The notes: generated by a model from the letters alone, not told the origin. Shown: positions 46,400-58,253, counted from the first letter of the stretch. The stretch is 64,000 bases of DNA from Escherichia coli (GCF_051903065.1 NZ_CP178438.1), one strand, 5' to 3'. Numbers and translations are program-made.

Positions 46400-47563
46400 A
46401 TGGCTAGAGTCTCTCTTTCATGGGCATTGATTCTTGGTCTTTTAGCCGGTATCGGCCCGATGTGTACCGATCTTTATTTGCCGGCTTTGCCGGAGATGTC
46501 TGAGCAACTGGCGGCAACCACGACCATAACGCAATTAACGCTGACTGCATCACTGATCGGTCTTGGCGTCGGACAACTGTTATTTGGCCCTCTGAGCGAC
46601 AAAATAGGGCGTAAACGTCCGTTAATCTTGTCGTTGCTATTGTTTATTGTTTCTTCCATTTTGTGCGCGACAACGAACAATATTTACTGGCTGGTGGTCT
46701 GGCGTTTTATTCAAGGGATCGCGGGGGCGGGTGGTTCGGTGCTCTCTCGTTCTATTGCTCGTGACAAATATCAGGGAGTAACGTTGACCCAGTTTTTTGC
46801 GCTGTTAATGACGGTGAATGGCCTGGCACCGGTGTTGTCGCCAGTGCTGGGCGGGTACATTGTTAGCACTTTTGACTGGCGCACTTTATTCTGGGTAATG
46901 GCTGAAATTAGCACCGTATTGTTGCTGGGCTGCGTGTTATTTATTAATGAGACCTTGCCAGAAAATAAAAGGGGCTCATCATTGCTATTAACCGGACGAA
47001 GCGTGGTGCAGAACCGCCGTTTTATGCGCTTTTGCCTGATTCAAAGTTTTATGCTGGCAGGCTTGTTTGCGTATATCGGCTCTTCGTCGTTCGTGTTGCA
47101 GAAGGAATTTGGCTTTAGTCCAATGCAATTTAGCCTGGTGTTTGGCCTTAACGGCATCGGACTTATCATTGCTTCATGGATCTTTTCGCGTCTGGCGCGA
47201 CGGATTAATGCGATGACATTGTTGCGAGGTGGCCTGATAGCGGCAATTTCGTGTGCATTGCTCACGGTCTTATGCGCATGGACACAATTGCCCATTCCGG
47301 CACTGGTGGCATTATTTTTCACTATTGCATTTTGTAGCGGCATCGGCACTGTTGGCGGGGCAGAGGCTATGAGTGCAGTAGGGACACAGGAATCTGGAAC
47401 GGCGTCTGCGTTGATGGGGATGAGCATGTTTGTCTTCGGCGGTATAGCCGCGCCATTGTCGGGATTTGGCGGAGAAACACTGTTAAAAATGAGTCTGGCA
47501 ATTACGGTGTGTTATACACTGGCATTCCTGGTTGCTCTCACCAGAATCGACAATCAAAAGTAA
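46400..47563 (+). CDS. MFS transporter, Bcr/CflA (DHA1) family (387 aa)
   Basis: 12 predicted TM segments; MFS motif A GPLSDKIGRKRP; start 8 nt after the OMF stop with an AAGGA Shine-Dalgarno. Confidence 0.8.
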   Translation: MARVSLSWALILGLLAGIGPMCTDLYLPALPEMSEQLAATTTITQLTLTASLIGLGVGQLLFGPLSDKIGRKRPLILSLLLFIVSSILCATTNNIYWLVVWRFIQGIAGAGGSVLSRSIARDKYQGVTLTQFFALLMTVNGLAPVLSPVLGGYIVSTFDWRTLFWVMAEISTVLLLGCVLFINETLPENKRGSSLLLTGRSVVQNRRFMRFCLIQSFMLAGLFAYIGSSSFVLQKEFGFSPMQFSLVFGLNGIGLIIASWIFSRLARRINAMTLLRGGLIAAISCALLTVLCAWTQLPIPALVALFFTIAFCSGIGTVGGAEAMSAVGTQESGTASALMGMSMFVFGGIAAPLSGFGGETLLKMSLAITVCYTLAFLVALTRIDNQK

Positions 47564-47569
47564 TGAATA

Positions 47570-47603
47570 CCTCATCCTGAGGGGGGCCCCTGTCAGGATG
47601 AGG
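47570..47603. other. GC-rich inverted repeat between the MFS gene and sapF 3' ends
   Basis: cctcatcctga-ggggggcccctg-tcaggatgagg; perfect 11-bp arms, no U-tract on either strand. Confidence 0.5.
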
Positions 47604-47612
47604 TGCAGAACA

Positions 47613-48419
47613 CTAACGGTCCTTACGCCACGCATCCGCTGTCAATGCCTCGCCAAAATGACCGGCAATCAGCCGTTTGGTGAGTTCATGCAGCGGCGAT
47701 GCCAGCACATCCGCGGTGCTGCCTCGCTCGACAACCTCTCCCTGATGCATCACCAGCACCTGGTCGCTAATGTGCTTCATCATTCCGATATGCTGGGTAA
47801 CATAAATATACGAAATGCCCTGTTTTTCCTGTAATTCCAGCATCAGATTAATCAACTGCGAACGCATCGACATATCCAGTGAAGCGAGGGCTTCATCGGC
47901 AATAATGACTTTTGGGCGCAATATCAGCGCGCGCGCCAGACCCAGACGCTGTTTTTGCCCGGGGGCCAACATATGCGGATAGTAACTGACGTGATCCGGT
48001 AGCAGCCCAACCATACGCATCGTTTCGATAATCTGTTTGCGACGCTGTTCCGGTTCCAGGTTGGTGTTCAGGCGCAGTGGAAAATCCAGAATTTGCGAGA
48101 TACGTTGACGGGGATTCAACGAGGTCGAAGGATCCTGAAAAATCATGCGAATACGCTGACTGCGGAAGGAATAATCGCCAAAATGCAGTGGATGATCGTC
48201 AATCAATAACTCGCCGCTGGTAGGTTCTATCATCCCCGCCAGCATTTTTGCCAGCGTGGATTTACCCGAACCATTCTCGCCAATAATCGCCAGTGTCTGG
48301 CCTTCACGTAGCGTAAAGCTCAAGGGTTTTACCGCTTCTACGGTCTGACGACGAAACCAACCGGTCCGGTAGCGGAACGTTTTACTTAAATTACGCACTT
48401 CAAGCAGCGTTTCGATCAT
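47613..48419 (-). CDS. sapF: peptide ABC transporter ATP-binding protein SapF (268 aa)
   Basis: Walker A GENGSGKST; operon position. Confidence 0.95.
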   Translation of the reverse strand: MIETLLEVRNLSKTFRYRTGWFRRQTVEAVKPLSFTLREGQTLAIIGENGSGKSTLAKMLAGMIEPTSGELLIDDHPLHFGDYSFRSQRIRMIFQDPSTSLNPRQRISQILDFPLRLNTNLEPEQRRKQIIETMRMVGLLPDHVSYYPHMLAPGQKQRLGLARALILRPKVIIADEALASLDMSMRSQLINLMLELQEKQGISYIYVTQHIGMMKHISDQVLVMHQGEVVERGSTADVLASPLHELTKRLIAGHFGEALTADAWRKDR

Positions 48420-48420
48420 C

Positions 48421-49413
48421 TCACTCTTTCTCCATGTTCAGCGGGAAATGACAGGCATAGAGATGATTTTTCGCCCCCGTCAAACGTGGCGTCACAATGC
48501 ATTCTCGTTGTGCATACGGGCAACGTGGCCCCAGACGACAACCAATCGGTAACTGTTCCAGCAGTGGGATAGCGCCGGGTAGCGTATTGAGGCGACTTTT
48601 ATGCGGCATCGCGCTGCCGAAGTCTGGTATCGCGCGGATCAGCGCCTGGGTATAAGGATGATGTGGCATCGTCACCAACTCCTTACTCGGCGCGGTTTCC
48701 ACCGTTTGACCGCAGTAAAGCACGTTAATTTTATCCGCCCATTGGCTAAGCATTTGTAAGTCATGGCTGATAAGCAAAATAGTGGTATTGCTGTTTTGGT
48801 TGAGGCGCGTCAGCAGGCGAAAGATTTGCGCCTGGGTTGTTGGCTCCATTGAGTTGGTCGGTTCGTCAGCAATTAGCAGACGCGGTTGATTCGCCAGTGC
48901 AATGGCTATCATCACTTTCTGACATTCACCTTCGGTCAACTCATAGGGAAAACTGCGCATCGCATCTTTGTGATCTTTAATCCCCACGCGGTGCAGCAGT
49001 TCAATGGCACGGCGTTTGCGCCAGCCAAAACGCTGCCACCAACGGCCTTTATAGGTCCAGGCTGGGATGTTTTGCATCAACTGGCGACCCACACGTTCTG
49101 AAGGATCAAGACACGACTGCGGTTCCTGGAAAATCATCGACACGTTGTGACCAACCAGCTTGCGCCGTTCGCGTGCGGAGAGACGCAGCAAATCGATATC
49201 ATCAAAACGCATACGGTCTGCAGTAACACGCCAGTTATCTTTATTCACCCCACAAATCGCTTTCGCAATCAAACTTTTGCCGGAACCGGATTCGCCAACA
49301 AGACCGCGGATTTCACCTTCGGTTAAGGTCATACTTACCCGGTCAACGGCTTTAACCCACTCATCCCCGGTTTTAAATTCAATGGTCAGGTTACGAATAT
49401 CAAGTAATGGCAT
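48421..49413 (-). CDS. sapD: peptide ABC transporter ATP-binding protein SapD (330 aa)
   Basis: Walker A GESGSGKS. Confidence 0.95.
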
Positions 49414-50303
49414 TATTCCACCCCCGCAATAATTGCACGACGGACACCGTCGCCAAGGAGGTTAACCAACAGCACGCTAATCATAATTGCCGCACCAGGC
49501 AGCATGACAGTCCACGGGGCGACATAAATCAGTTCCAGCGCATCACCGAGCATTGCTCCCCATTCAGGCGAGGGGAGTTGTGCGCCAAGATCGAGAAAGC
49601 CCAGCGCGGCGATATCGAGAATTGCCATCGACAGTGCGCGAGTGATCTCGGTGACCAGCCCGGCGGTGATGTTAGGCATCACAGCAAACCAGAGAATATT
49701 CAGCGTTGATGCGCCATCCAGACGGGCGGCGATAACGTACTCTTTTTCCAGTTCGTCATGCACCATGCTGTAAATCGAACGTACCATGCGCGGCAGCAAT
49801 GCCAGCCAGACAGCAAACATAGCGTGGGACAAACTCGGTCCGGCAAACGCTACAACGATAATTGCCAACAGTAGGGAAGGGATCGCCAGTAAGGTATCCA
49901 GAATATGGTTAAGCACCGCTGAGCGGAGGCCGTGTGTCGCCCCGGCGAAGGTGCCCAGTACCAGGCCACAGATCGTCGCGGCAAGCGTCACCACAAATGC
50001 GCCACCCACGGTTGGCGCAGCTCCGCTCAGTAAACGGCTTAAAACATCGCGTCCGAGGTCGTCAGTCCCCAGGAAGAAAGAAACTTCGCCATAGCGCGAC
50101 CATGACGGCGGCAATAATTGGTAACCGAGAAATTGCTGGTCGATGCCGTAAGGCGCAAACCAGCCGCCAAAAATACACAGTACAGCCAGCCCCGCGCAGC
50201 CGTACAGGCCGACCATCGCAGAGGCGTCACTATAAAATTTGCGCCAGGCGGTACGCAGCGTGCCCGGCGGGCGCTTTTCGCTGTATACGCTATCGTAAGG
50301 CAT
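49413..50303 (-). CDS. sapC: peptide ABC transporter permease SapC (296 aa)
   Basis: ABC permease; overlaps neighbouring genes. Confidence 0.95.
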
Positions 50304-51255
50304 ACCATTCCTTATGTTTCAGAGGGTTAGCCATGGCACCCAAAATATCAGAAATCACGTTAACAATAATGACCAGTGAGCCACACACCATCACTCCGGC
50401 GGAAATGGCTGCGTAATCCTGCTGGCGGATGGCGTTAATTAACCAGCGCCCTAAACCCGGCCAGCTAAAAACCATTTCGGTGATCATCGCCAGCGTCAGC
50501 ATGGTGGAAAACTGTAAGCCCAGGCGAGGAATAACCGGCGGTAACGCGTTATGCAGAACGTGGCGACGCAAAATAGTAAAGCGCGACAAACCGCGGGTCG
50601 CCGCCGCTTTTACATAGTTCTGGTCATACACTTCGATAGTGCTGATACGCATCAGGCGGATCACTTCAGTTGTTGGCGCAACCGACAGGGTGATCACGGG
50701 CAATATCATATGGCGGATTGCGCTCATGATCATTTCATCCCGCCATGGTGAGTCCGAAAGCCAGGCATCAATCAACGCAAAACCGGTAATCGGTTTCACT
50801 TCGTAGAGCAGATCGAAACGCCCTGAAACGGGCAACCAACCTAGCGTGAGTGAACAAAACAGCGTCAACAGAAGCGCCAGCCAGAACACCGGGATTGAAA
50901 AGCCCAGTAAGGCGATGGCGTTGATCAAGTTATCCTGCCACTTATGGCGCGTAATCCCGGCAATCATCCCCACGGGGATGCCAACAATCAGCGCAAAACC
51001 GAAGGCGAGGATGCACAGTTCCATCGTCGCCGGGAAGACCTCTTTTAACTGTTCGGCAATTGGTTGACCGTTAATGCTGGAAACACCAAAATCCCAGTGG
51101 ATCAGGCCATTAAACCAGAACACCCAGGCATTCCACAGTGACGCGCCTTGTAACGGCGCGTGTGGAGTGAAATAGCTCAAACTGAAGCCAACGAAGGTCA
51201 GCAGGAACAAGGTGACAATCAATAACAAAATGCGGCGTAAGGTGAAGATAATCAT
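50290..51255 (-). CDS. sapB: peptide ABC transporter permease SapB (321 aa)
   Basis: ABC permease. Confidence 0.95.
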
Positions 51256-52895
51256 GGTTTTTTCACCTCATCCTGTTTCTCGCGATACACCCCAGCAAAG
51301 GAGGCGTTACCAAACGGGCTAAGTACCAGACCTTTGATATCGTACCGATAGGCCTGCAAACGCAATGACGACGCCAGCGGCAAAATGGGCAATTCCTGCG
51401 CCAGAATACTCTGCGCTTCGTCATAGGCTTCAATACGCGCCGCCAGCTGCTGCGAGGAGAGCGCCTTACGCAACACGCTGTCGAATTTCGGATCGCACCA
51501 GTGGGCGAGGTTGGTCTGTGAATGAATTGCCGCGCAGCTCAGTAACGGACGGAAGAAACTGTCCGGGTCGTTACTGTCCGTCGCCCAACCGGATAACGTC
51601 AGATCATGGCTCATATCCATCAGCCGCGCCTCCTGAAAGCGACCTTCTACCGGCACAATCACCACTTTTACGCCAACCTGCGCCATATCCGCCTGAATCA
51701 GTTCGGCAGTTTTCAGTGGACTGGGGTTCCACGCCTGCGAACGTGTGGGCACCCACAGTTTCAGCGTTAAATTTTCCAGCCCCAACGACTTCAACTGTTC
51801 GCGCGATTTCGCCGGATTGTATTCAGTAATTTTAGCCTCGTTGTCATAGGCCCACGAGGCGCGCGGTAAAATAGAGGCCGCCGTTTCAGCCGTACCATAA
51901 TAGATGGATTGCATCAGGCGCTGGTTATTAATCGCCAGTGCCAGCGCATGGCGGACAGCGGGATTATTTAGCGGCGGTTTGGCGGTGTTAAATGCCAGAT
52001 AGGCGACGTTCATCCCAGGACGCAGCGTTAAACGCAAGCGCGGGTCGTCACGCAAAATGGATAGCTGGCTGGCAGCAGGCCAGGCCAGAACGTCGCATTC
52101 CCCGGTCAGGAGTTTCGACAGACGTCCGGTGCCGCCGGAGCCTAAATCCACCACCACCTGCGGCATTAACGGTTTACCGCGCCAGAAGTCATCATGACGT
52201 TGTAGGCGAATAAATTGCCCGGCGCGGTATTCCGACAACTGATACGGTCCAGTGCCGACCGGTTGACGGTCGAGTTGTTCCTGGCGATCTTCTTTCTCTA
52301 ACTTCCGGGCATATTCTGCCGACATGACCGAAGCATAATGGGTTGCGAGGTGCCACAAAAAAGAAGCATCCGGCTGAGCCAGACGGAACTCAACGGTATG
52401 ATTATCCAGTTTACGGACGCTTTTCACGTTATCGGCAAATTGCAGGCTGTCGAAGTAGGGGAAGTTGCTGCCGTTGACGTTATGCCACGGGTTGTTGCGG
52501 TCAAAAATTCGCTGGAAGGTAAACACCACATCGTCGGCATTCATTTTACGAGTGGGAGTAAACCAGTCGGTTTTTTGAAACGGAACATCGCGACGTAGGT
52601 GGAAGCGATAGGTCGCGCCGTTGTCGAGTACTTCCCAGCTTTCGGCAAGTTCTGGCATCAGGCGATAGGTATAGGGATCAACATCCAGCAGTCGATCATA
52701 AAACTGGGCGGCAAGGGTATCGACAATTAACCCACTGCTCGCTTTGGATGGGTTAAAGGTGTTGACTTGCCCGCTGACGCAATAGACAAAACCGCTGTCG
52801 CGGATATCAGCATGCGGGGGGGATTCAGGCGCGGCGATTGCCTGACCACTCACAAGTCCAGCAATCACCAAAAGAGACGATAATACCTGGCGCAT
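51252..52895 (-). CDS. sapA: periplasmic peptide-binding protein SapA (547 aa)
   Basis: Signal peptide [21 protein letters not shown]; family 5 substrate-binding protein. Confidence 0.95.
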   Translation of the reverse strand: MRQVLSSLLVIAGLVSGQAIAAPESPPHADIRDSGFVYCVSGQVNTFNPSKASSGLIVDTLAAQFYDRLLDVDPYTYRLMPELAESWEVLDNGATYRFHLRRDVPFQKTDWFTPTRKMNADDVVFTFQRIFDRNNPWHNVNGSNFPYFDSLQFADNVKSVRKLDNHTVEFRLAQPDASFLWHLATHYASVMSAEYARKLEKEDRQEQLDRQPVGTGPYQLSEYRAGQFIRLQRHDDFWRGKPLMPQVVVDLGSGGTGRLSKLLTGECDVLAWPAASQLSILRDDPRLRLTLRPGMNVAYLAFNTAKPPLNNPAVRHALALAINNQRLMQSIYYGTAETAASILPRASWAYDNEAKITEYNPAKSREQLKSLGLENLTLKLWVPTRSQAWNPSPLKTAELIQADMAQVGVKVVIVPVEGRFQEARLMDMSHDLTLSGWATDSNDPDSFFRPLLSCAAIHSQTNLAHWCDPKFDSVLRKALSSQQLAARIEAYDEAQSILAQELPILPLASSLRLQAYRYDIKGLVLSPFGNASFAGVYREKQDEVKKP

Positions 52896-53143
52896 AATAT
52901 TAAGGGATTTTATGTAAAGAAGCTATCTTACTAATATTTAATGACATTTGCCATTACCGTTTGTGTTCAGGGGTCGTAATGAGGGCCGTGTGGTTGGTCG
53001 TTGAACAGGTGGCGTCGCCATCTGTTCAACATTCGTACCCGTGATTTCTCTATAACTATAACTCACAGAACAACTTAGCGAGGAGCAGAGCGGTACGATC
53101 GTGAGAAACCCATTAAAGCACGCTGCAGTGCGTGTCATTGTTA

Positions 53144-53174
53144 GCCGGATGCGGCGTGAACGCTTTATCCGGAC
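53144..53174. repeat. REP (repetitive extragenic palindrome) element
   Basis: gccggatgcggcgtgaacgctttatccggac matches the E. coli REP consensus. Confidence 0.8.
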
Positions 53175-53207
53175 AACGATACTGACCGATCGTCTGCAAT
53201 TAAATAA

Positions 53208-53453
53208 TTACTCATTACCCCATTGATTCAAAAACTCTGCGATCTCATCAATGCGTACGGGATTAATCCCCGCTTCAGCAGCCATTTCATGTTGGGCTTC
53301 TTCGCTGATCTCTTCATTGTTCATCAAACGGGTGAGCAGTAACTGGAAGTAGTGGGCCAGCGGTGTGCGTTCAGCCTCTGCGACAGGCTCTGCGCATTCG
53401 GTCGCGTACTCATCGGCAATATCAAAATATTTTAGCGGGATATCGTGGTTCAT
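53208..53453 (-). CDS. ymjA: DUF2543 protein YmjA (81 aa)
   Basis: Sequence and position between sapA and puuP. Confidence 0.85.
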
Positions 53454-53586
53454 TATTTGCCCCTGGGGTTAATGCGCTAAGCATAAGGGCGGATGATAGC
53501 ACTCGTGATCCGGGTCATACATCTTTTTATAGTTAATGGCGCGGTGCATTACCCTCAGGCAGGATAATGCGCCGCGCATCCGACTA

Positions 53587-54972
53587 TTACGTTTCGCTCA
53601 CCGGCGTTCTGTCACCATCATACAACGGCACTTTGCGATAGCGGCGGATCAGATACCATAAATATGCGCCGCCTAAAGAAGCCCATACCAGACCGAGTGT
53701 TAGTGACGTTGACTCGAGGTTAACCCACAGCACACCCACCGTCAGCGCGCCAACCAGCGGCATCAGCAAATAGTGGAAGTGATCCTTCCAGCTTTTATTC
53801 ATTCCTTTACGCCGCCAGAAATGATTAAACACCGACAGATTCACGAAGGTAAACGCCACCAGAGCACCGAAGTTAATTAACGCTGTGGCGGTAACTAAAT
53901 CGAAGAACAGCGCCGACAACGCGACAATCCCGACCATAATGACGTTCAGTGCCGGAGTCCGCCATTTTGGGTGCACATAGCCAAACACGCGCTCCGGAAA
54001 CACATTGTCACGCCCCATTACATACAGCAGGCGCGACACGCTGGCATGTGAGGCCAGGCCAGACGCTAACGTGTTCACAAACGTGGTGCAGAGGAAAATC
54101 GACTGGAAGAGCTTGCCGCCGACGTACAGCGCAATTTCAGGCAGTGCGGCGTCCGGATCTTTAAAGCGGCTGATATCGGGAAAGAACAGCTGCATAAAGA
54201 ACGACGCCGCGATAAAGATAACGCCACCGTAGACCGCCGTCAGGAAGATGGCTTTCGGGATCACGCGTGCGGCGTCCGGCGTCTCTTCCGAAAGCGTGGT
54301 CACCGCATCGAAACCGAGGAACGAGAAACAGACAATCGTCGCCCCGGTAATAATCGGGATCAGGTGCGCGTTCTCGCTGATAAACGGCTGAAGTGACCAG
54401 ACGGTGCCAACGCCTTCTCCTTTATGCAGTCCCTGAACTACCAGGAAGATAAACACCACCATGATGGAGATTTGCACCAGTACAAACAGGGTATTGAAGT
54501 TAGCGACCAGGTTGACGCTCTTCAGATTCGCGGCGGTTAAAATGGCGACGAAGGTTACTACCCACACCCACGGCGGCACTTCCGGGAAGAGGGCGGAGAG
54601 ATAGATTTTCGCCAACAAAACGTTGATCATCGGCAAAAAGAGATAATCCAGCAGTGATGACCAGCCGACCATAAATCCGACGTGCGGGTTAATCGACTTT
54701 TGCGCGTAGGTATAGGCCGAACCGGCCTCCGGAAACTGGCGAACCAGTTTGCCGTAGCTGATAGCGGTAAACAGCACGCCCGCCAGCGCCAGCAAATAGG
54801 ACGCCGGAACGTGACCGTCGCTAATGCCTGACACAATGCCAAATGTATCGAACACAGTCATCGGCGTGAGATAGGCCAGACCCATCATCACCACCTGCCA
54901 CAATTTCAGTGATTTTCGCAGACGGGTTTTGCCGGGTTGCGCAGCAATATTCAGTGGTGAATTAATAGCCAT
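53587..54972 (-). CDS. puuP: putrescine importer PuuP, APC family (461 aa)
   Basis: Starts [26 protein letters not shown]; 12-TM amino acid/polyamine permease. Confidence 0.93.
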
Positions 54973-55274
54973 AATTGCTGCCTCCCCTGCGTAATAAGGT
55001 TTGCGGTCGTGTCGACCTGAAATCAAACCTGTTTAGCAAGGGAAGCAAAGGGGGCGGAGTCCAGTCAGCCGCAGGAGGGGCGCATACGCAGCCTCCCTCG
55101 CCATGCGGGGATTTAATCATCGGCATCATCTCATTTCCTCGTCACAGTCTTAATCGTTAACGGAAGCCCGTTGCCGCCTGCGCTCCATAACGCGACATCC
55201 GGAAAATGTCTGGATTACCAGCAAATGTCAGGCCTGGCTCCGCTCAGGCCGATGAAACAACCCCGCAAGGGGTA

Positions 55275-56693
55275 CTATGCGTTTTTCAACATCCACTCAA
55301 TTTCTGTTTCTGTGATGAGGCGCTCAAACTGCAACAGCTCATCATTTTTACAGGCGTGATACACATGGCAAAACCGTTCGCCTAAATAGCGGCGCAGGTG
55401 ATCATTCTCGATAAACTCACCCAGGGCATCGCTCTGGCGAATCGGGAAGGGTAAGCCATCCTGTTCCAGCCCGTTGCCTTCGACTTCTTCCTGCAACGGC
55501 AGCTCGTTATCAAGACCGTGCAAAATACCGGCAAAAATCGCTGCCATCACCAGATATGGGTTGGCATCGGCACCCGCCACGCGATATTCCACGCGGTGAT
55601 TATGACGATCGCCGCATGGAATACGCAGGGCGACGGTACGGTTATTATGGCCCCACGACGCCTGCGTCGGTACATACATCCCTGGCTGGAAGCGGCGATA
55701 CGAGTTCACGTTTGGTGCCAGCAACGCCATTGATGACGGCATCAGGTCAATCATCCCGGCGAGCATCTTTTTCAGCAGCGGCGAATCTTCGCCTTCTGTG
55801 TCAGAAAGCACGTTCTCGCCACGATTATTTTGCATACTGATATGGATATGCATTCCGCTGCCCGCGTGCTCTTCATACGGCTTCGCCATAAAAGTGGCGT
55901 GCATCTTATGCTTTTCTGCCATCAGACGCACCAGGCGTTTTAGTGCCAGCGCATCATCGCAGGCTTCCAGCACGTTATCAGTATGGTAAAGGTTGATTTC
56001 AAACTGACCCGGCGAGGCCTCAGCGACCGCGCCATCTGCCGGAATCAGCTGTAACTGTGCCAGTTCATCAATATCATTGAGCACATCGGCGAAGTGGTTG
56101 AGGTTATCAACCGAGTAAACCTGGCTTTGTGTATTGCGGTCATCGGTGCCGGGTGCGCAGGGCGGTTGCAGATACCCTTCAGCGTCGCGCTGACGATCCA
56201 GTAAATAGAACTCCAGCTCTACCGCTACGACCGGGAACAATCCGCGCTGGCGCAGCTGCTGCCACAGGCGGTTAAGAACGTTCCGCGGCTCAACGTCAAA
56301 GGGAGCGCCATCTTCATCGACCATGGTCAGGAGCATCTGACCGATAAACTCTGGATCGGCGGCAGAAGGGGTTAAGGAACCGAGAACAGGAACACAGGTA
56401 CGATCCGGCTCGCCCATTTCCTGACCCAGACCCGCTTCTTCTACTACGTTGCCCAGAATATCCATTGCAAACACCGAGGCCGGGAAATAACACCCTTTCT
56501 CCAGCTTCTTCAGACTTGAAACAGGAATACGTTTTCCACGGAAGCAACCATTCAAATCGGTAAGTAAAACATCAACATATTGCGTATTCGGGTAGCGCTC
56601 CAGGTAGCGTTTCACTTCCTGCGTAAAGGCGCTACCCCGCCTCTCTTCTGACTGCTGAACAAAGTTCTCTACTTCAACGATATTGGTTTCCAT
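55275..56693 (-). CDS. puuA: gamma-glutamylputrescine synthetase PuuA (472 aa)
   Basis: Glutamine synthetase-like; start METNIVEVENFVQQ. Confidence 0.93.
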   Translation of the reverse strand: METNIVEVENFVQQSEERRGSAFTQEVKRYLERYPNTQYVDVLLTDLNGCFRGKRIPVSSLKKLEKGCYFPASVFAMDILGNVVEEAGLGQEMGEPDRTCVPVLGSLTPSAADPEFIGQMLLTMVDEDGAPFDVEPRNVLNRLWQQLRQRGLFPVVAVELEFYLLDRQRDAEGYLQPPCAPGTDDRNTQSQVYSVDNLNHFADVLNDIDELAQLQLIPADGAVAEASPGQFEINLYHTDNVLEACDDALALKRLVRLMAEKHKMHATFMAKPYEEHAGSGMHIHISMQNNRGENVLSDTEGEDSPLLKKMLAGMIDLMPSSMALLAPNVNSYRRFQPGMYVPTQASWGHNNRTVALRIPCGDRHNHRVEYRVAGADANPYLVMAAIFAGILHGLDNELPLQEEVEGNGLEQDGLPFPIRQSDALGEFIENDHLRRYLGERFCHVYHACKNDELLQFERLITETEIEWMLKNA

Positions 56694-56736
56694 GATTCTT
56701 CGCCTTTGGTTTGTTTTCCGCTCGTTATCAAAGCGT

Positions 56737-56752
56737 AAAATATAATGACCAC
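56737..56752. promoter_or_regulatory. putative PuuR operator in the puuA-puuD divergent promoter region
   Basis: aaaatataatgacc, an AT-rich motif repeated at 56833-56846; assignment to PuuR is from memory of the motif type. Confidence 0.35.
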
Positions 56753-56832
56753 CATTCGAATCTGTATGCAAACTAAATGTTTGTCAAATGTTAAATTGAG
56801 TTTGCAAAAAAGAAAACTCACTGCTAGATTGA

Positions 56833-56846
56833 AAAAATATTGAACA
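56833..56846. promoter_or_regulatory. putative PuuR operator (second copy)
   Basis: aaaaatattgaaca, similar to the 56737 site. Confidence 0.35.
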
Positions 56847-56904
56847 GAAAGGTCATTTAAACCGCAGTAATGGCGATAATTTAGTCCACTTTGTGAGATT
56901 GAGC

Positions 56905-57669
56905 ATGGAAAATATAATGAACAATCCGGTTATCGGTGTCGTAATGTGCAGGAACAGGCTTAAGGGTCATGCGACCCAGACTCTGCAAGAAAAGTACCTG
57001 AATGCCATCATCCACGCAGGCGGTTTGCCAATTGCGCTGCCACATGCGCTGGCGGAACCGTCGTTACTTGAACAACTTTTGCCGAAACTCGATGGCATTT
57101 ATCTTCCTGGTAGTCCCAGCAATGTGCAGCCGCACCTATATGGTGAAAACGGCGATGAGCCTGACGCCGATCCCGGGCGTGATCTTCTGAGCATGGCGTT
57201 AATTAATGCCGCACTCGAAAGGCGCATCCCCATTTTCGCCATCTGCCGGGGTTTACAGGAACTGGTGGTGGCAACCGGTGGTTCGTTGCATCGCAAGCTG
57301 TGCGAACAGCCTGAATTGCTGGAACATCGGGAAGATCCCGAACTGCCGGTGGAACAGCAATATGCACCGTCGCATGAAGTTCAGGTTGAAGAGGGGGGAT
57401 TACTGTCTGCGTTGTTACCTGAATGTAGCAACTTTTGGGTAAACTCTCTACATGGACAAGGGGCGAAGGTCGTTAGCCCACGGTTGCGTGTTGAAGCTCG
57501 CTCGCCGGATGGCTTAGTTGAGGCGGTTAGCGTCATCAATCATCCTTTTGCGCTGGGCGTACAGTGGCACCCGGAATGGAACAGTAGCGAGTACGCGCTT
57601 TCGCGTATATTGTTCGAGGGCTTTATCACCGCTTGTCAGCACCATATCGCTGAAAAACAGCGACTCTGA
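56905..57669 (+). CDS. puuD: gamma-glutamyl-GABA hydrolase PuuD (254 aa)
   Basis: Class I glutamine amidotransferase-like (AICRGLQEL catalytic Cys). Confidence 0.93.
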   Translation: MENIMNNPVIGVVMCRNRLKGHATQTLQEKYLNAIIHAGGLPIALPHALAEPSLLEQLLPKLDGIYLPGSPSNVQPHLYGENGDEPDADPGRDLLSMALINAALERRIPIFAICRGLQELVVATGGSLHRKLCEQPELLEHREDPELPVEQQYAPSHEVQVEEGGLLSALLPECSNFWVNSLHGQGAKVVSPRLRVEARSPDGLVEAVSVINHPFALGVQWHPEWNSSEYALSRILFEGFITACQHHIAEKQRL

Positions 57670-57695
57670 CCACTACAGTTTAAGGAAATGCAAAT

Positions 57696-58253
57696 ATGAG
57701 TGATGAGGGACTGGCGCCAGGAAAACGCTTGTCGGAAATCCGCCAGCAGCAGGGGCTTTCACAACGTCGTGCCGCCGAACTCTCCGGGCTGACTCACAGT
57801 GCTATCAGTACGATAGAACAAGATAAAGTCAGCCCTGCCATCAGTACGCTGCAAAAGCTGCTGAAGGTGTATGGTCTGTCACTCTCGGAATTCTTTTCCG
57901 AGCCGGAAAAACCTGATGAGCCGCAGGTCGTCATTAATCAGGACGATTTAATTGAGATGGGCAGTCAGGGTGTGTCAATGAAGCTGGTTCATAACGGTAA
58001 CCCGAATCGCACGCTGGCGATGATCTTTGAAACGTACCAGCCGGGCACAACCACTGGGGAAAGAATTAAGCATCAGGGTGAGGAAATAGGCACTGTACTG
58101 GAAGGTGAAATTGTTCTGACGATTAATGGTCAGGATTACCACCTCGTCGCGGGGCAAAGTTATGCCATTAATACCGGCATCCCGCACAGTTTCAGTAATA
58201 CATCGGCAGGTATTTGCCGAATTATTAGCGCCCATACGCCCACCACGTTTTAA
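57696..58253 (+). CDS. puuR: HTH/cupin repressor PuuR (185 aa)
   Basis: N-terminal XRE HTH plus C-terminal cupin. Confidence 0.93.
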   Translation: MSDEGLAPGKRLSEIRQQQGLSQRRAAELSGLTHSAISTIEQDKVSPAISTLQKLLKVYGLSLSEFFSEPEKPDEPQVVINQDDLIEMGSQGVSMKLVHNGNPNRTLAMIFETYQPGTTTGERIKHQGEEIGTVLEGEIVLTINGQDYHLVAGQSYAINTGIPHSFSNTSAGICRIISAHTPTTF

